From an uncultured delta proteobacterium (GTDB taxonomy: Bacteria > Desulfobacterota > Binatia > UBA9968): a stretch of 64,000 nt of DNA. The notes below the pieces were generated by a model. The model searched no databases and was not told the DNA's origin. It worked only from the letters and a program-made list of their open reading frames with translations. Below are positions 28,212 to 36,815 of this stretch, piece by piece. The DNA lies in contig CAVTUQ010000007.1 of the NCBI GenBank assembly GCA_963737905.1, forward strand, positions 96,001 through 160,000, read 5' to 3'. The translations under genes were made by a program, and so were the position numbers. Every line of letters starts with the position of its first letter. Position 1 is the stretch's first letter.

Positions 28212-29240
28212 TCACTTGTCGAGTAATCGTCTCACGCGCTCGACCACCTCTGGAGGTTGCGCTATGACGTCGCGGGCTAGTGCTTGCAGTTCCTCGCCGG
28301 CGACAGGGTCGATATCCAATTTCCGTTCTCTGGCTTGGGCTTGAAAATCGGGGTCGTTTAGAGTTTTTCTAAAAGCGCTCTGAAGAAGTTTCGCGCGGTC
28401 CGGCGGGAGTCCCGGTGAACTGATGTAGGGCCGGCCGAACGCCCCCACCGCAAGTATGACTGTCGCGAGGCGTTTCCCCGCCTCGGTTGTCTTATTTTCG
28501 TTCATGAGTTCCCAGATGGTCGGAACATCAGGCAACCTCGGGTCGCGCTTTTTGCCGGTTTGTATCAACACGCGGACAAAACCATTCTTAGACCAGCCGA
28601 TAAGTGGTTCGCGTCCGAACAGAGTTTCCAAAGAGATGCCGCGGCATTGGATCTCTCCCCGCTCTACGGCCAAGTCGACTTCAGGGCCATCCTTGTAGCC
28701 GGTGAGCGTATTGAATTTTGCTCCGAGGGTTTCCTCCAGAAGGTTTCCAACGTAGTAACCTGTCGAAGCTGTGCCGGTGGCGCCGCACTTGGGTGGAACG
28801 GCCGCTTTACGCACGTCGTCGAGCGTTTTGTAGGGAGTGTCGGCGCGGATGTAGATGATCTGTTCCACCTGGGTCGGAGTGCCGAGCCAAGTAAACTTTG
28901 GCCAATCAAACTGAACTTGGTTTCTCCCCACGAGCTGATCGAAATAGAGTCCGGCCCGAATTCCTCCCAGCGTTAGCCCATCGGGCTTGGCGACTTTGTA
29001 AACGTAGTTGGCCGCGATCATCGCACCGGCGCCGGGCATATTCTGGACGACGATATTTGGACTCCCGGGAATGTACTTGACCAGATATTGGGCGATCATC
29101 CGCGTCCATGCATCATCGACGCTACCCGCGCCGTAGCCGGCGACGATTCTCAAAGTTTTGTCTTGATAGAACGGCGCCTGGGCCAATGCGTTGACGGGTG
29201 AAACAAGGACGAGAGCGAGAACTAAAAGGAATTTGTTCAT
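28212..29240 (-). CDS. Tripartite tricarboxylate transporter substrate-binding protein (TctC/Bug-like)
   Basis: FY.DKT.RIV.GY.AG..DD, NMPGAG.MIAANYVY.VAKPDGLT; ATG 29240 with GGGAGGG RBS. Confidence 0.9.
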   Translation of the reverse strand: MNKFLLVLALVLVSPVNALAQAPFYQDKTLRIVAGYGAGSVDDAWTRMIAQYLVKYIPGSPNIVVQNMPGAGAMIAANYVYKVAKPDGLTLGGIRAGLYFDQLVGRNQVQFDWPKFTWLGTPTQVEQIIYIRADTPYKTLDDVRKAAVPPKCGATGTASTGYYVGNLLEETLGAKFNTLTGYKDGPEVDLAVERGEIQCRGISLETLFGREPLIGWSKNGFVRVLIQTGKKRDPRLPDVPTIWELMNENKTTEAGKRLATVILAVGAFGRPYISSPGLPPDRAKLLQSAFRKTLNDPDFQAQARERKLDIDPVAGEELQALARDVIAQPPEVVERVRRLLDK

Positions 29241-29349
29241 GGCAACCCTCCCCGTGCGTGATTTGTTGGCGCCGATCATACTCAATTTGCCGCAAAACAT
29301 ACAACAGAACCTTCCCATTAAACCGAGCTTTGTTTGGGCCGAAAAAAAC

Positions 29350-29642
29350 CATTCGTGCAAAGAGCGCGGGTAACGGCCGCGATCACCCCGGGTGTGGTTT
29401 GCTGCCAGCACGGCTGGTGGCAAGATTGTAAGGACCTCGACCTGCCGGGCTACGATTCTTACGGTAAGGGCTCAGCCAATCCCAGCCTGTTGATCGGCGC
29501 CGATGTGGCCGATCCGATCAGCGGCTCATTGCCGCATCGATCCTATCTTTGCCGCGTGCGGCCGGCCGCGGAGCAATCGCCAAAGAAGTCTGCCAGCCCG
29601 CATTCACCCGGCGACATCGACATGATTCAAAAATCTCCCTGA
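29350..29642 (+). pseudogene. 3' remnant of a molybdopterin oxidoreductase (dinucleotide-binding domain)
   Basis: RARVT..I.PGVV..QHGWW...AN...DPISGSLPHRSYLCRV with no upstream body. Confidence 0.75.
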
Positions 29643-29659
29643 TTGCCGCGACGGGGGAC

Positions 29660-29911
29660 CTAGCCCGGACTATTCATGCTCCCAGGAAAACCCACGACAC
29701 AGTGTCGATCAAGGGGCGAGCTTGGAGGAGCGAAGGCACAGAGGCGAACAGTTCCAATGACGATTAGGGTGTTTGGCCTTGCGCTCGAATTTTTTCCCAG
29801 GTATTCGCTTCAGAACTTAGGTTTGCAGGCCGCCTCCAGGTAGAGGCCCATTGCCTTCGCTCCTGAGAGCTCGCCCTTGATCATTGTTCGCCAGCGAATA
29901 GTCCGGGCTAG
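29660..29911. mobile_element. MITE-like element with perfect 16-bp terminal inverted repeats and internal long hairpin (copy B)
   Basis: CTAGCCCGGACTATTC (29660-29675) and GAATAGTCCGGGCTAG (29896-29911); inner IR 29707-29738 / 29852-29882; no transposase. Confidence 0.7.
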
Positions 29912-30987
29912 CGCAGCGCTGGAAGGATTTCCTTGCCCCAGAGATCGATCACCTCGGGAATATCGGGGCCGAGGGGAACGCCGATCGCAACCTGCGTGAA
30001 TCCATCGCGGGCCGCCAGCGAGAATAGTTCCGCGATCCGCTCGCTGCACTGCGCCGCTGTGCCGGCGATGATCAGACGATCGACGGCTTCGTCAGGCGTG
30101 AGAGAGGCGGCGTGGTCGACGCCGCGATTTTCCGCGTACGCTTGGCGCACCATTTGAATCGCCCGCGGGTCGATGCCTTTGGCCTCGAGAACCTCGTCCG
30201 GCCAGCCGGAGACGATATGGGAGACGAAACGTTTCGCGTGCTGTCTGGCGGCCTCGCCGTCGCGCGAAACCGAGGCGTTGAGCAGCATCACTTTGCGCAA
30301 CGGCTCTCGCAGCGGGGATTGCGACCGCGCGGAGTGAAGACGCGCAAGCGAGGCGCTCATGTCGGCAATCCCATAGAGAGTTTGGAGAATCACGCCGTCG
30401 AAGTGGCGCGCGATAAGGTCGAGCACGGCGGGCTTGAGCAGACTCGGACCATAGTAAAGACGGATGGGCGACTGGGTTTTGAAGCGCAGCGCGTATTGTT
30501 CCGCGTTCAAATGAAAATAGGAAGCCAGAATAGGAATATCGGCGCTTCGGAGCGCCTCGCCGGCGAACAGTTTCCGCAATCCCATGGCCAATTCGGCCAT
30601 GATGGCGAGCGGTTTCGCGCGTTCGACTTGATGCGTCAGGATCGACCTCGATCCAGGCCCCAGGCCGAGGGAGATTTCTCTCCCGTTGGTGAGCTCGGAT
30701 ATCGTCGCGAAGGCCATCGCTAGATCCACCGGGTTACGAAAGTAGGGAACCGTGACGGCGGTTCCGAGCTTGACCGGCAAGCGTGCCACGATCGCCGCCG
30801 AGCTTGCTAGCACGCTTCGATATTCCAGATTGTCGTTGGTCCAAACCTGGCTGAAACCGAGTTTCCTCAACGTCTGCCACGCCTGCTCGGCCAGCCCGAT
30901 CAAATCCGGGAGCGAGTAACGATTGAGAACGTGAAGCGGATAGTGTATCCCGATTTCTCCGGTAAATTCTTTTGCTTGGATGGCCAT
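29908..30987 (-). CDS. LLM-class oxidoreductase (Mer-like, divergent)
   Basis: GFSQVW.ND, LGTAVTVPYFRNPV, GREISLGLGPG, IAGT..QC.ERI. Confidence 0.85.
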   Translation of the reverse strand: MAIQAKEFTGEIGIHYPLHVLNRYSLPDLIGLAEQAWQTLRKLGFSQVWTNDNLEYRSVLASSAAIVARLPVKLGTAVTVPYFRNPVDLAMAFATISELTNGREISLGLGPGSRSILTHQVERAKPLAIMAELAMGLRKLFAGEALRSADIPILASYFHLNAEQYALRFKTQSPIRLYYGPSLLKPAVLDLIARHFDGVILQTLYGIADMSASLARLHSARSQSPLREPLRKVMLLNASVSRDGEAARQHAKRFVSHIVSGWPDEVLEAKGIDPRAIQMVRQAYAENRGVDHAASLTPDEAVDRLIIAGTAAQCSERIAELFSLAARDGFTQVAIGVPLGPDIPEVIDLWGKEILPALR

Positions 30988-31181
30988 ATGGGTGCAGCTA
31001 TCACAGCGCGCTGAACGAAGTCAAAGGTGGATTCCCTATTTCCGTTCATCGTTGGCGCGAACCCGCCATCCATATAAAAAACACCATGTGCAACGGGATC
31101 GCACCGGCCAACACGCCGAAAGCAAAAGCCGTCCGTGCTTGCGTCGTGCTCAGATTGACAACCGGAGAGATTGCTGGCGGC

Positions 31182-31772
31182 CTATCGTTCGATTTCGCGA
31201 CCTCGCTGGGATGAGGCGTGCTGTTTCAACCAGGAGAGAACCTCTTCGGCATTCTTATCTGGTGGGAAGACTGGATAGAAAACCTTTTTGATTTCTCCTG
31301 TTTCAATAATGAAGGTCAATCGTTTGTACAGCTCCAGCCCATGAACACGAAACGTCGGCAGGCGCAAAGCGCTCTTTAGCCGCAGGGAGCTGTCGCTGAG
31401 CAATTGAAAGGGAAGATGCAAGCGATCGCGGGCCTCTCGTTGGTACTCGGTTTCCTGAGCGCTTATTCCAAATACACCGCTGCCGAGGGCCTTTAGCTCC
31501 GTGTAGCGGTCGCGAAAATTGCAGGACTGGGGAGTACATCCGCGCGCACCGGGAATGGCATCCCAGCCGTCGGGCAATGGAACTCCTGGCCGTCCCGTCA
31601 TTGGATAAACGTAGATCACGAATAGGCCTGTTAGCGAACTCAGGTCGACTGTCGCGCCGTCGGTTGACGGGAGGGGGATTTTTACAAGCCTCATGCCTTT
31701 CAGGTGGGCGGCAGCTCCGTCATCCAAAGGTACAGGCAGGTCCGTTGGCAGCTCAAAGAAGGTATCGCTCAT
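31182..31772 (-). CDS. Peroxiredoxin (BCP/PrxQ-like)
   Basis: YVYP.TG, IPGARGCTPQSC.FRD, KVFYPVFPPD. Confidence 0.92.
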   Translation of the reverse strand: MSDTFFELPTDLPVPLDDGAAAHLKGMRLVKIPLPSTDGATVDLSSLTGLFVIYVYPMTGRPGVPLPDGWDAIPGARGCTPQSCNFRDRYTELKALGSGVFGISAQETEYQREARDRLHLPFQLLSDSSLRLKSALRLPTFRVHGLELYKRLTFIIETGEIKKVFYPVFPPDKNAEEVLSWLKQHASSQRGREIER

Positions 31773-31840
31773 ATTTCCCTATTCTTTAGCATACTATGGT
31801 TGAACCAAGAATGCTGCGGATCAAAGGCCACGGCGATCAC

Positions 31841-31903
31841 TCAGCTGGGCGCCTGCTGAAGCCCCGATCGCTGAGAGTACTCAGTCGCATTCCATTCTGT
31901 CAT
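31841..31903 (-). pseudogene. 5' remnant of a class I SAM methyltransferase-like gene
   Basis: GAGGAGG RBS then MTEWNATEYSQRSGLQQAPS*; W-N-A-x-x-Y...LQ resembles trans-aconitate methyltransferase-like N-termini. Confidence 0.45.
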
Positions 31904-32088
31904 GTGTGCCTCCTCGTCATCGGACGCTCCCACTTTATATTCTTAGCGCGTACGTAGCCAAGCGCAATCCAATTCAAAAGAAGACAAATTCCCGCTGCGG
32001 CCCGATAGATCGACAGCAAACACCGACTGCGGATGTGCAAGTTCCGGTCTTTACAGAGATGAATCCGCCTGATTACGGTGCATTTCAG

Positions 32089-32427
32089 CTAAGCGAAACG
32101 GACCAATAGAATCAACGAGGCGATGGCCATGATCAATCCAGCGATTTCATAATAGTTGAGAGATTCTCGGAAGAACACAACACCTATGGCGGTCAGCAAC
32201 AACACCATCGATACGGAATACACGACGCCAATGGTCGCCAGTTTTAAGTGCTTCATTACGAAGACCCAACCAAAAGCGGTCGAGGCGTAGAGAACAAATC
32301 CGATATAAAAACTCATCGTCTTTAACGAATGTTCATTTGCGCTGGCAAGCTTGAGAAAATAATCACCCACGACGCCCAATAGACTGAACGCGATCGTGAC
32401 AATAACAGCGAGTAAGTTTTTTTCCAT
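32089..32427 (-). CDS. SMR/DMT family small membrane transporter
   Basis: Four TM helices, GD..LK, IGVVFFRE.L; ATG 32427. Confidence 0.8.
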   Translation of the reverse strand: MEKNLLAVIVTIAFSLLGVVGDYFLKLASANEHSLKTMSFYIGFVLYASTAFGWVFVMKHLKLATIGVVYSVSMVLLLTAIGVVFFRESLNYYEIAGLIMAIASLILLVRFA

Positions 32428-32783
32428 CGGCAATCTGTAGCTTCTCAATCCGAGGTATATCAAACGTTGGTTCTGTCACGCCGGCCAAGGGATTTGGCTC
32501 ATCGGTGTGGATGCGTCCCGAGCCGCAAAATCGGTGAGCTTGAGAACATTTTTTCGAGGGTAGGTGACACGACCGAAAGTCGTGCGAGTTTTTCATCTCG
32601 GATCCCCTTTCTTGTTGACCTTTGCCGTCTATTACACTGGCCCTCAGCTGTCAATCTGAACCTAATTTTGTCCGCACGGGAATGCCGGAGAGTTTCTTTC
32701 TCTTGACTACGCGCTTCGATTTCCATTATTGGTACGGCGACCGGTCAAAGCAGCAGCTAAACGTGGAAAGGAGCGCAGTAGAA

Positions 32784-33197
32784 ATGGCTGAACTAACGCT
32801 TGAAATGGCAGAGAAGGCGGTCAAGGCGGCGCAGGCGAAGGCACGGGAGCTAGGAACCCCGATGACGGCCACTGTGGTCGATGATGCGGGTCGCTTGGTC
32901 TTGTCCGCTCGCGGTGATGGCACCGGATTTTTTACTCCTGAAACTTCGCGTGGGAAAGCTGTTGCCGCGGCGGCGTTTAAGCGCCCGACCAAAGACATGG
33001 CGCAACTCAGAGAATCGTCGCCGGCTTTTTGGGGTAATGTGACTACGGTCCTGGGTGGGGAGGCTCTTCCAAGCATTGGAGGCGTCCCGGTTGTCTCAGG
33101 TGGAAAACTGATCGGAGCTGTCGGTTGTGGTGGTGGCACGGGCGAACAGGATCACCAGTGTGCCGAAGCTGGAGCGGCGGCGATCAGCAGCAAGTAG
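32784..33197 (+). CDS. GlcG/HbpS-like heme-binding protein
   Basis: VVDDAGRL...R.DG...GKA.AA, GGVPV...GAVG.GG.T.EQD..CA.AG; AAAGGAG RBS. Confidence 0.9.
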   Translation: MAELTLEMAEKAVKAAQAKARELGTPMTATVVDDAGRLVLSARGDGTGFFTPETSRGKAVAAAAFKRPTKDMAQLRESSPAFWGNVTTVLGGEALPSIGGVPVVSGGKLIGAVGCGGGTGEQDHQCAEAGAAAISSK

Positions 33198-33311
33198 CGT
33201 CCGCTCAAACGGGAACACACTCGGCTTTCCGCACGTTCTTTCTCCAACACGATCACGAGCCACGAATACGGCTTTCCTCACCGTTCCCGACCTTTCGCAA
33301 AGTCTGGCTTT

Positions 33312-33470
33312 CTATTTCGGCTCGGTTAGGAAATAGGTGCGATGACCGAGGCTGCATTCATAGGTCGCTAAGGCGTATCTCGCTATTTTTTTGTCTTCGA
33401 GATCGACCAGGGTCAGCGGGAGGCCGCACTCTTTACCGTCAACAAACACTGGGCACCTCTTGTCTTCCAT
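33312..33470 (-). CDS. 52-aa Cys/His microprotein, putative zinc-binding
   Basis: Manual translation MEDKRCPVFVDGKECGLPLTLVDLEDKKIARYALATYECSLGHRTYFLTEPK*; C-x8-C ... C-x3-H; below ORF-track cutoff. Confidence 0.6.
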   Translation of the reverse strand: MEDKRCPVFVDGKECGLPLTLVDLEDKKIARYALATYECSLGHRTYFLTEPK

Positions 33471-33612
33471 GGGTCGTACCCCCATCGTGTCAGTTGTCAG
33501 CTGCTGGTTTTATTGTCGCGCCCGAAATGCGGTCGGTCAACGAGGTTGGAAAAGAAATATGCTCGCGAGAGGCCGAGCGGAACCGCCTTTAATCGACACA
33601 AACCGCCATGGC

Positions 33613-33720
33613 TTATCGAGGGGCAATTTCTTCCTTAACTTTCATGCCGTGACGCGCAGCGAACTGGCGCTGCAGCGCGTCCATACACTTTCTGAGAAGG
33701 TCTTTAACTGAATCGCGGAT
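33613..33720 (-). pseudogene. Degenerate paralog of the 44-aa microprotein at 35594-35728
   Basis: Frame reads LRKCMDALQRQFAARHGMKVKEEI; 10/24 ungapped identities to LEKRLDELAREFAKTHDKEVEAEL. Confidence 0.45.
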
Positions 33721-33963
33721 GTCTTTAAGTCTCGGAGAGGAGAATTGGAGTCACGCCTGATATATAATATTTGCGCGGCAGGATCTTCTGTTCGTGGGAG
33801 GAGGCAGGGGATGATCGGGCTTTGCATAGAAATAAACGGGAAGATCGGAGAAAATAGGGAACGTCCGTAAACATGGTCGTGTTCGGGCATTAGCGCTGAA
33901 AGTAATAAGGTTAGGCAAGTCTGACATGAGTAAACATGAGTAAGCAGACAGGAGGAATTGAAC

Positions 33964-34299
33964 ATGCCGATCTACGAATACCTGTGTCTCAATTGTAACA
34001 AGCCCTTTTCGTTTCTCGTGGGGGTCGTGGCCGACTCGGGAGAGCCCCAGTGTGCGCGCTGCGGCGGAAAGAAACTTCGCAAGCTCATTTCTCGAGTAGC
34101 GCGGGTGCGCTCTAAGGAATCATCTCTCGAAGACCTTGCCGATCCGAGCAAATTGGGCGACATGGACGATCCAAAGGCGATGGCCCGCTGGGCCAAAGAG
34201 ATGGGAAAAAGCATGGCCGACGAAACCGGGGAGGAACTCCCCGAAGATTTCGATGAGATGATGGAGAACGGGCTGAAAGGAGAAGCGGACGAGGAATGA
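33964..34299 (+). CDS. FmdB family zinc-ribbon protein
   Basis: MPIYEY.C..C...F...C..CG....KLISR; GGAGG RBS. Confidence 0.92.
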   Translation: MPIYEYLCLNCNKPFSFLVGVVADSGEPQCARCGGKKLRKLISRVARVRSKESSLEDLADPSKLGDMDDPKAMARWAKEMGKSMADETGEELPEDFDEMMENGLKGEADEE

Positions 34300-34483
34300 G
34301 AACCACGACCGCGGGCGCAATGACCGCCCGCTTTCTTTGCCCACAAGCCAGCTCGCTTATCACGTTTTCGCAATGGCGAGAACAAGAAAAAAACCGGTGC
34401 CTTGCCGGAACCTTTTTTATTGACTCGTAACGACCTGAGTGTTAACCGGGGCGTATCGCCGTCAGGGTGTCGAAGGAGGACCT

Positions 34484-35488
34484 ATGACCGCAAAGAAACG
34501 TTGGATCGTTGTCAATCTCATCATTGGCTGGATTGCTCATGCGTCCCCGGCGCTGGCCGCGGCTCAGCTCGAGACCGTCACCGTCGGCTTCTCGTCATTC
34601 TCAGGTTTCTACGGACCCCTATGGCTCGCGGTAGAAGATGGGTTAGGCAAAAAGTATGGGCTCGATCTCAAGGCCATTTACGCCGGCAGGGTGCGACCGC
34701 AGCAACTGCTGGCTAGCGGGGAGGTACCCCTAGTCATAGCTTCGGGAAGCGGCGCTGTGACCTCCCACGTCCTCGGAGTCAAGGACCAGGTCATCGTTGC
34801 ATTGATGTCGAATAAAGTCGGCGGAGGAATTTTCGCCAAGACTGAAATCAAAAAGCCCGAAGATCTGAAGGGCAAGCTTATGGCCACGGGGCGGCCCGGG
34901 GCTCTCAACGACATTATGACGCGTCACGTGCTAACGCGTAAATGGGAGCTCGTACCTGATCGAGATGTCAAGCTCATGCCGGTTGGAGAGCCGGCTCTCA
35001 TGCTCCAGGCTTTGGAGCGAGGAGTGGTGGACGCGAGTTCGTTGACGATTCCGGCCATGTTCGTGGCCAGGAACAGAGGGTTTCGAGAACTGGTCAATTA
35101 CGACAAACTCGGATTGACGTATCCGATGCACGCGGTAACAACGCTCAGATCGACCGTGACCAAGAATCCGCAGCTGATAGAGAAGGTTTTAAAATCCCTC
35201 ATCGAAGCGATTTCTGTTTTTAAAACCAACAAGGAGAAGAGCTTCGCTGTCTGGCGGAAATACATGAGGGGAGCGAGCGAAGAATTTTTGGAGGAAACCT
35301 ATCAATACACCAGTGCCGGGTTGGAAGCGGTCCCGACGCCGTCGGTGGAAGTCATCAAGAGCGCTTTGGACATTGTTTCGGCTCAGTACCCCCAAGCGAA
35401 ACAGACCGATCCGAATCTAATTGTCGATCCGTTCTTTGTCAACCAGATCGAACAGAGCGGTTTCATTGCCACGCTCTACAGAAAATAA
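34484..35488 (+). CDS. NMT1/THI5-SsuA-type solute-binding protein
   Basis: Signal peptide, PLWLA...G..KKYGLD, DLKGK, AL..GVVDA; AAGGAGG RBS. Confidence 0.9.
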   Translation: MTAKKRWIVVNLIIGWIAHASPALAAAQLETVTVGFSSFSGFYGPLWLAVEDGLGKKYGLDLKAIYAGRVRPQQLLASGEVPLVIASGSGAVTSHVLGVKDQVIVALMSNKVGGGIFAKTEIKKPEDLKGKLMATGRPGALNDIMTRHVLTRKWELVPDRDVKLMPVGEPALMLQALERGVVDASSLTIPAMFVARNRGFRELVNYDKLGLTYPMHAVTTLRSTVTKNPQLIEKVLKSLIEAISVFKTNKEKSFAVWRKYMRGASEEFLEETYQYTSAGLEAVPTPSVEVIKSALDIVSAQYPQAKQTDPNLIVDPFFVNQIEQSGFIATLYRK

Positions 35489-35593
35489 ACGCGGCTTGCC
35501 GCTGCAGAGTGTGAGGAGCGTAAAACGAGGATCGATGCTGCCGATGAGGATCAAGTCAGAGTGTCAGAAATATGACAGTGTGACGACAGCGAC

Positions 35594-35728
35594 CTAAATC
35601 AGTCGGCTCTTCATTGCGGCAACACGCCCTCTCAATGCTTCGAGCTCCGCTTCAACTTCCTTGTCATGAGTCTTTGCGAACTCACGAGCTAATTCATCCA
35701 AGCGTTTTTCGAGTTCTTCGGTAGTCAT
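35594..35728 (-). CDS. 44-aa helical microprotein
   Basis: MTTEELEKRLDELAREFAKTHDKEVEAELEALRGRVAAMKSRLI*; TTGTTA-N17-CATACT promoter-like motif ends 12 nt upstream; paralog at 33613. Confidence 0.6.
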   Translation of the reverse strand: MTTEELEKRLDELAREFAKTHDKEVEAELEALRGRVAAMKSRLI

Positions 35729-36003
35729 TGTGGGTGGCGTAGTATGTTCCCGTCCAGCGCTAATAACAAGAGGGAGGGACTGAGCGCGTGAATCCGGGCC
35801 TCGTACTTACTTCCTATCCTGTCAGAGATCGACACGGTCATATCGAAGAACTACGTTTCGTGCAAAGAAACGGCCAAGGCTTTGAATCTGCGGTACAGCG
35901 CGTGTGCCGAGGCAGCTGTAGTCACCCACAAGATCGAAGAACCGGGCGGGACAGTCTTCTATCAGTCGGGTTCTTTAATTGCTCTTATTGGCAGCTACAG
36001 CGA

Positions 36004-36084
36004 TCACCGATGCGAGCTCCCCAAAAATATGACGAATCCAACAGAGGCAACGGCCAGAGCTGCAATGACGATTAAATCTACCAT
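36004..36084 (-). CDS. Possible 26-aa single-pass membrane peptide
   Basis: MVDLIVIAALAVASVGFVIFLGSSHR*; hydrophobic, no clear RBS. Confidence 0.3.
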   Translation of the reverse strand: MVDLIVIAALAVASVGFVIFLGSSHR

Positions 36085-36185
36085 CGGCGTGGCTTTAATC
36101 ACACAAAGGTACCCTTGTCAACGGGGGTGCAATGACTGACGCGTTGGGGGGGCTTGGGGTTAGGCCTGAGTTGGTACTCTATTAG

Positions 36186-36815
36186 CTATGATGTCGAAAC
36201 GTTCTGCTCGCTCTCGACAGTTTTTCGCACCGTCGGCCGCTTCATCATACGGTCCTGCCATGCCGTGTAGGCGCCGAGTTCCTTCATGGGAAATCCGCCA
36301 CGCGCCCCCCAGCCATAGAAAACCAGCGCGTAAGGGTCGACGAGCGTGTACTCACTGCCCATGATCCAGTCGTTTCCTTGCAACATGGAGTCGATTTCCT
36401 GGCAATTGGCCCAGAACGATTTTCGACCCGTTTCCCTTACCGCGGATTGCGCCGCTTCGCCTTCGGCAAAACGTTCGGGCCGATGGGAGCGCTGGTACGA
36501 GGGATGCACGATACTGGAGAACCAACACATGGTCCCGATGCAGCGTGCCTCCTCGGCCGGATCGGCCGGCATCAGTTTTTTTTCCGGAAATCGCCTTGCG
36601 AGGTAAGTGAGTATCGCCGTGTTCTCGACAAGGATCTTGTCGTCGACGCTGAGCGCCGGTACTTTACCGCGCGGGTTGATCTTCAGATAAGCCTCGGTCC
36701 TCTGCTGCTGCTTGGCAAGCAGGATCGGCTTCGCCTCGTAAGGTGCGCCGGTTTCTTCGAGACCGATATGAGAGGCCAAAGAACAAGCGCCGGGACTGAA
36801 ATAGAGCGTCAGCAT
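36186..36815 (-). CDS. Glutathione S-transferase (beta class-like)
   Basis: LYFSPGACSLASHI.LEE, INPRGKVPAL, EN.AI..YL. Confidence 0.95.
   Translation of the reverse strand: MLTLYFSPGACSLASHIGLEETGAPYEAKPILLAKQQQRTEAYLKINPRGKVPALSVDDKILVENTAILTYLARRFPEKKLMPADPAEEARCIGTMCWFSSIVHPSYQRSHRPERFAEGEAAQSAVRETGRKSFWANCQEIDSMLQGNDWIMGSEYTLVDPYALVFYGWGARGGFPMKELGAYTAWQDRMMKRPTVRKTVESEQNVSTS

Noticed and set aside
31045-31180. Hydrophobic minus-strand frame ending LHMVFFIWMAGSRQR
   Set aside because: No good start or family similarity; possibly a remnant but unsupported.
35788-36139. Plus-strand ORFs 35788 and 35882
   Set aside because: No recognisable features, overlapping frames; cannot be supported as genes.
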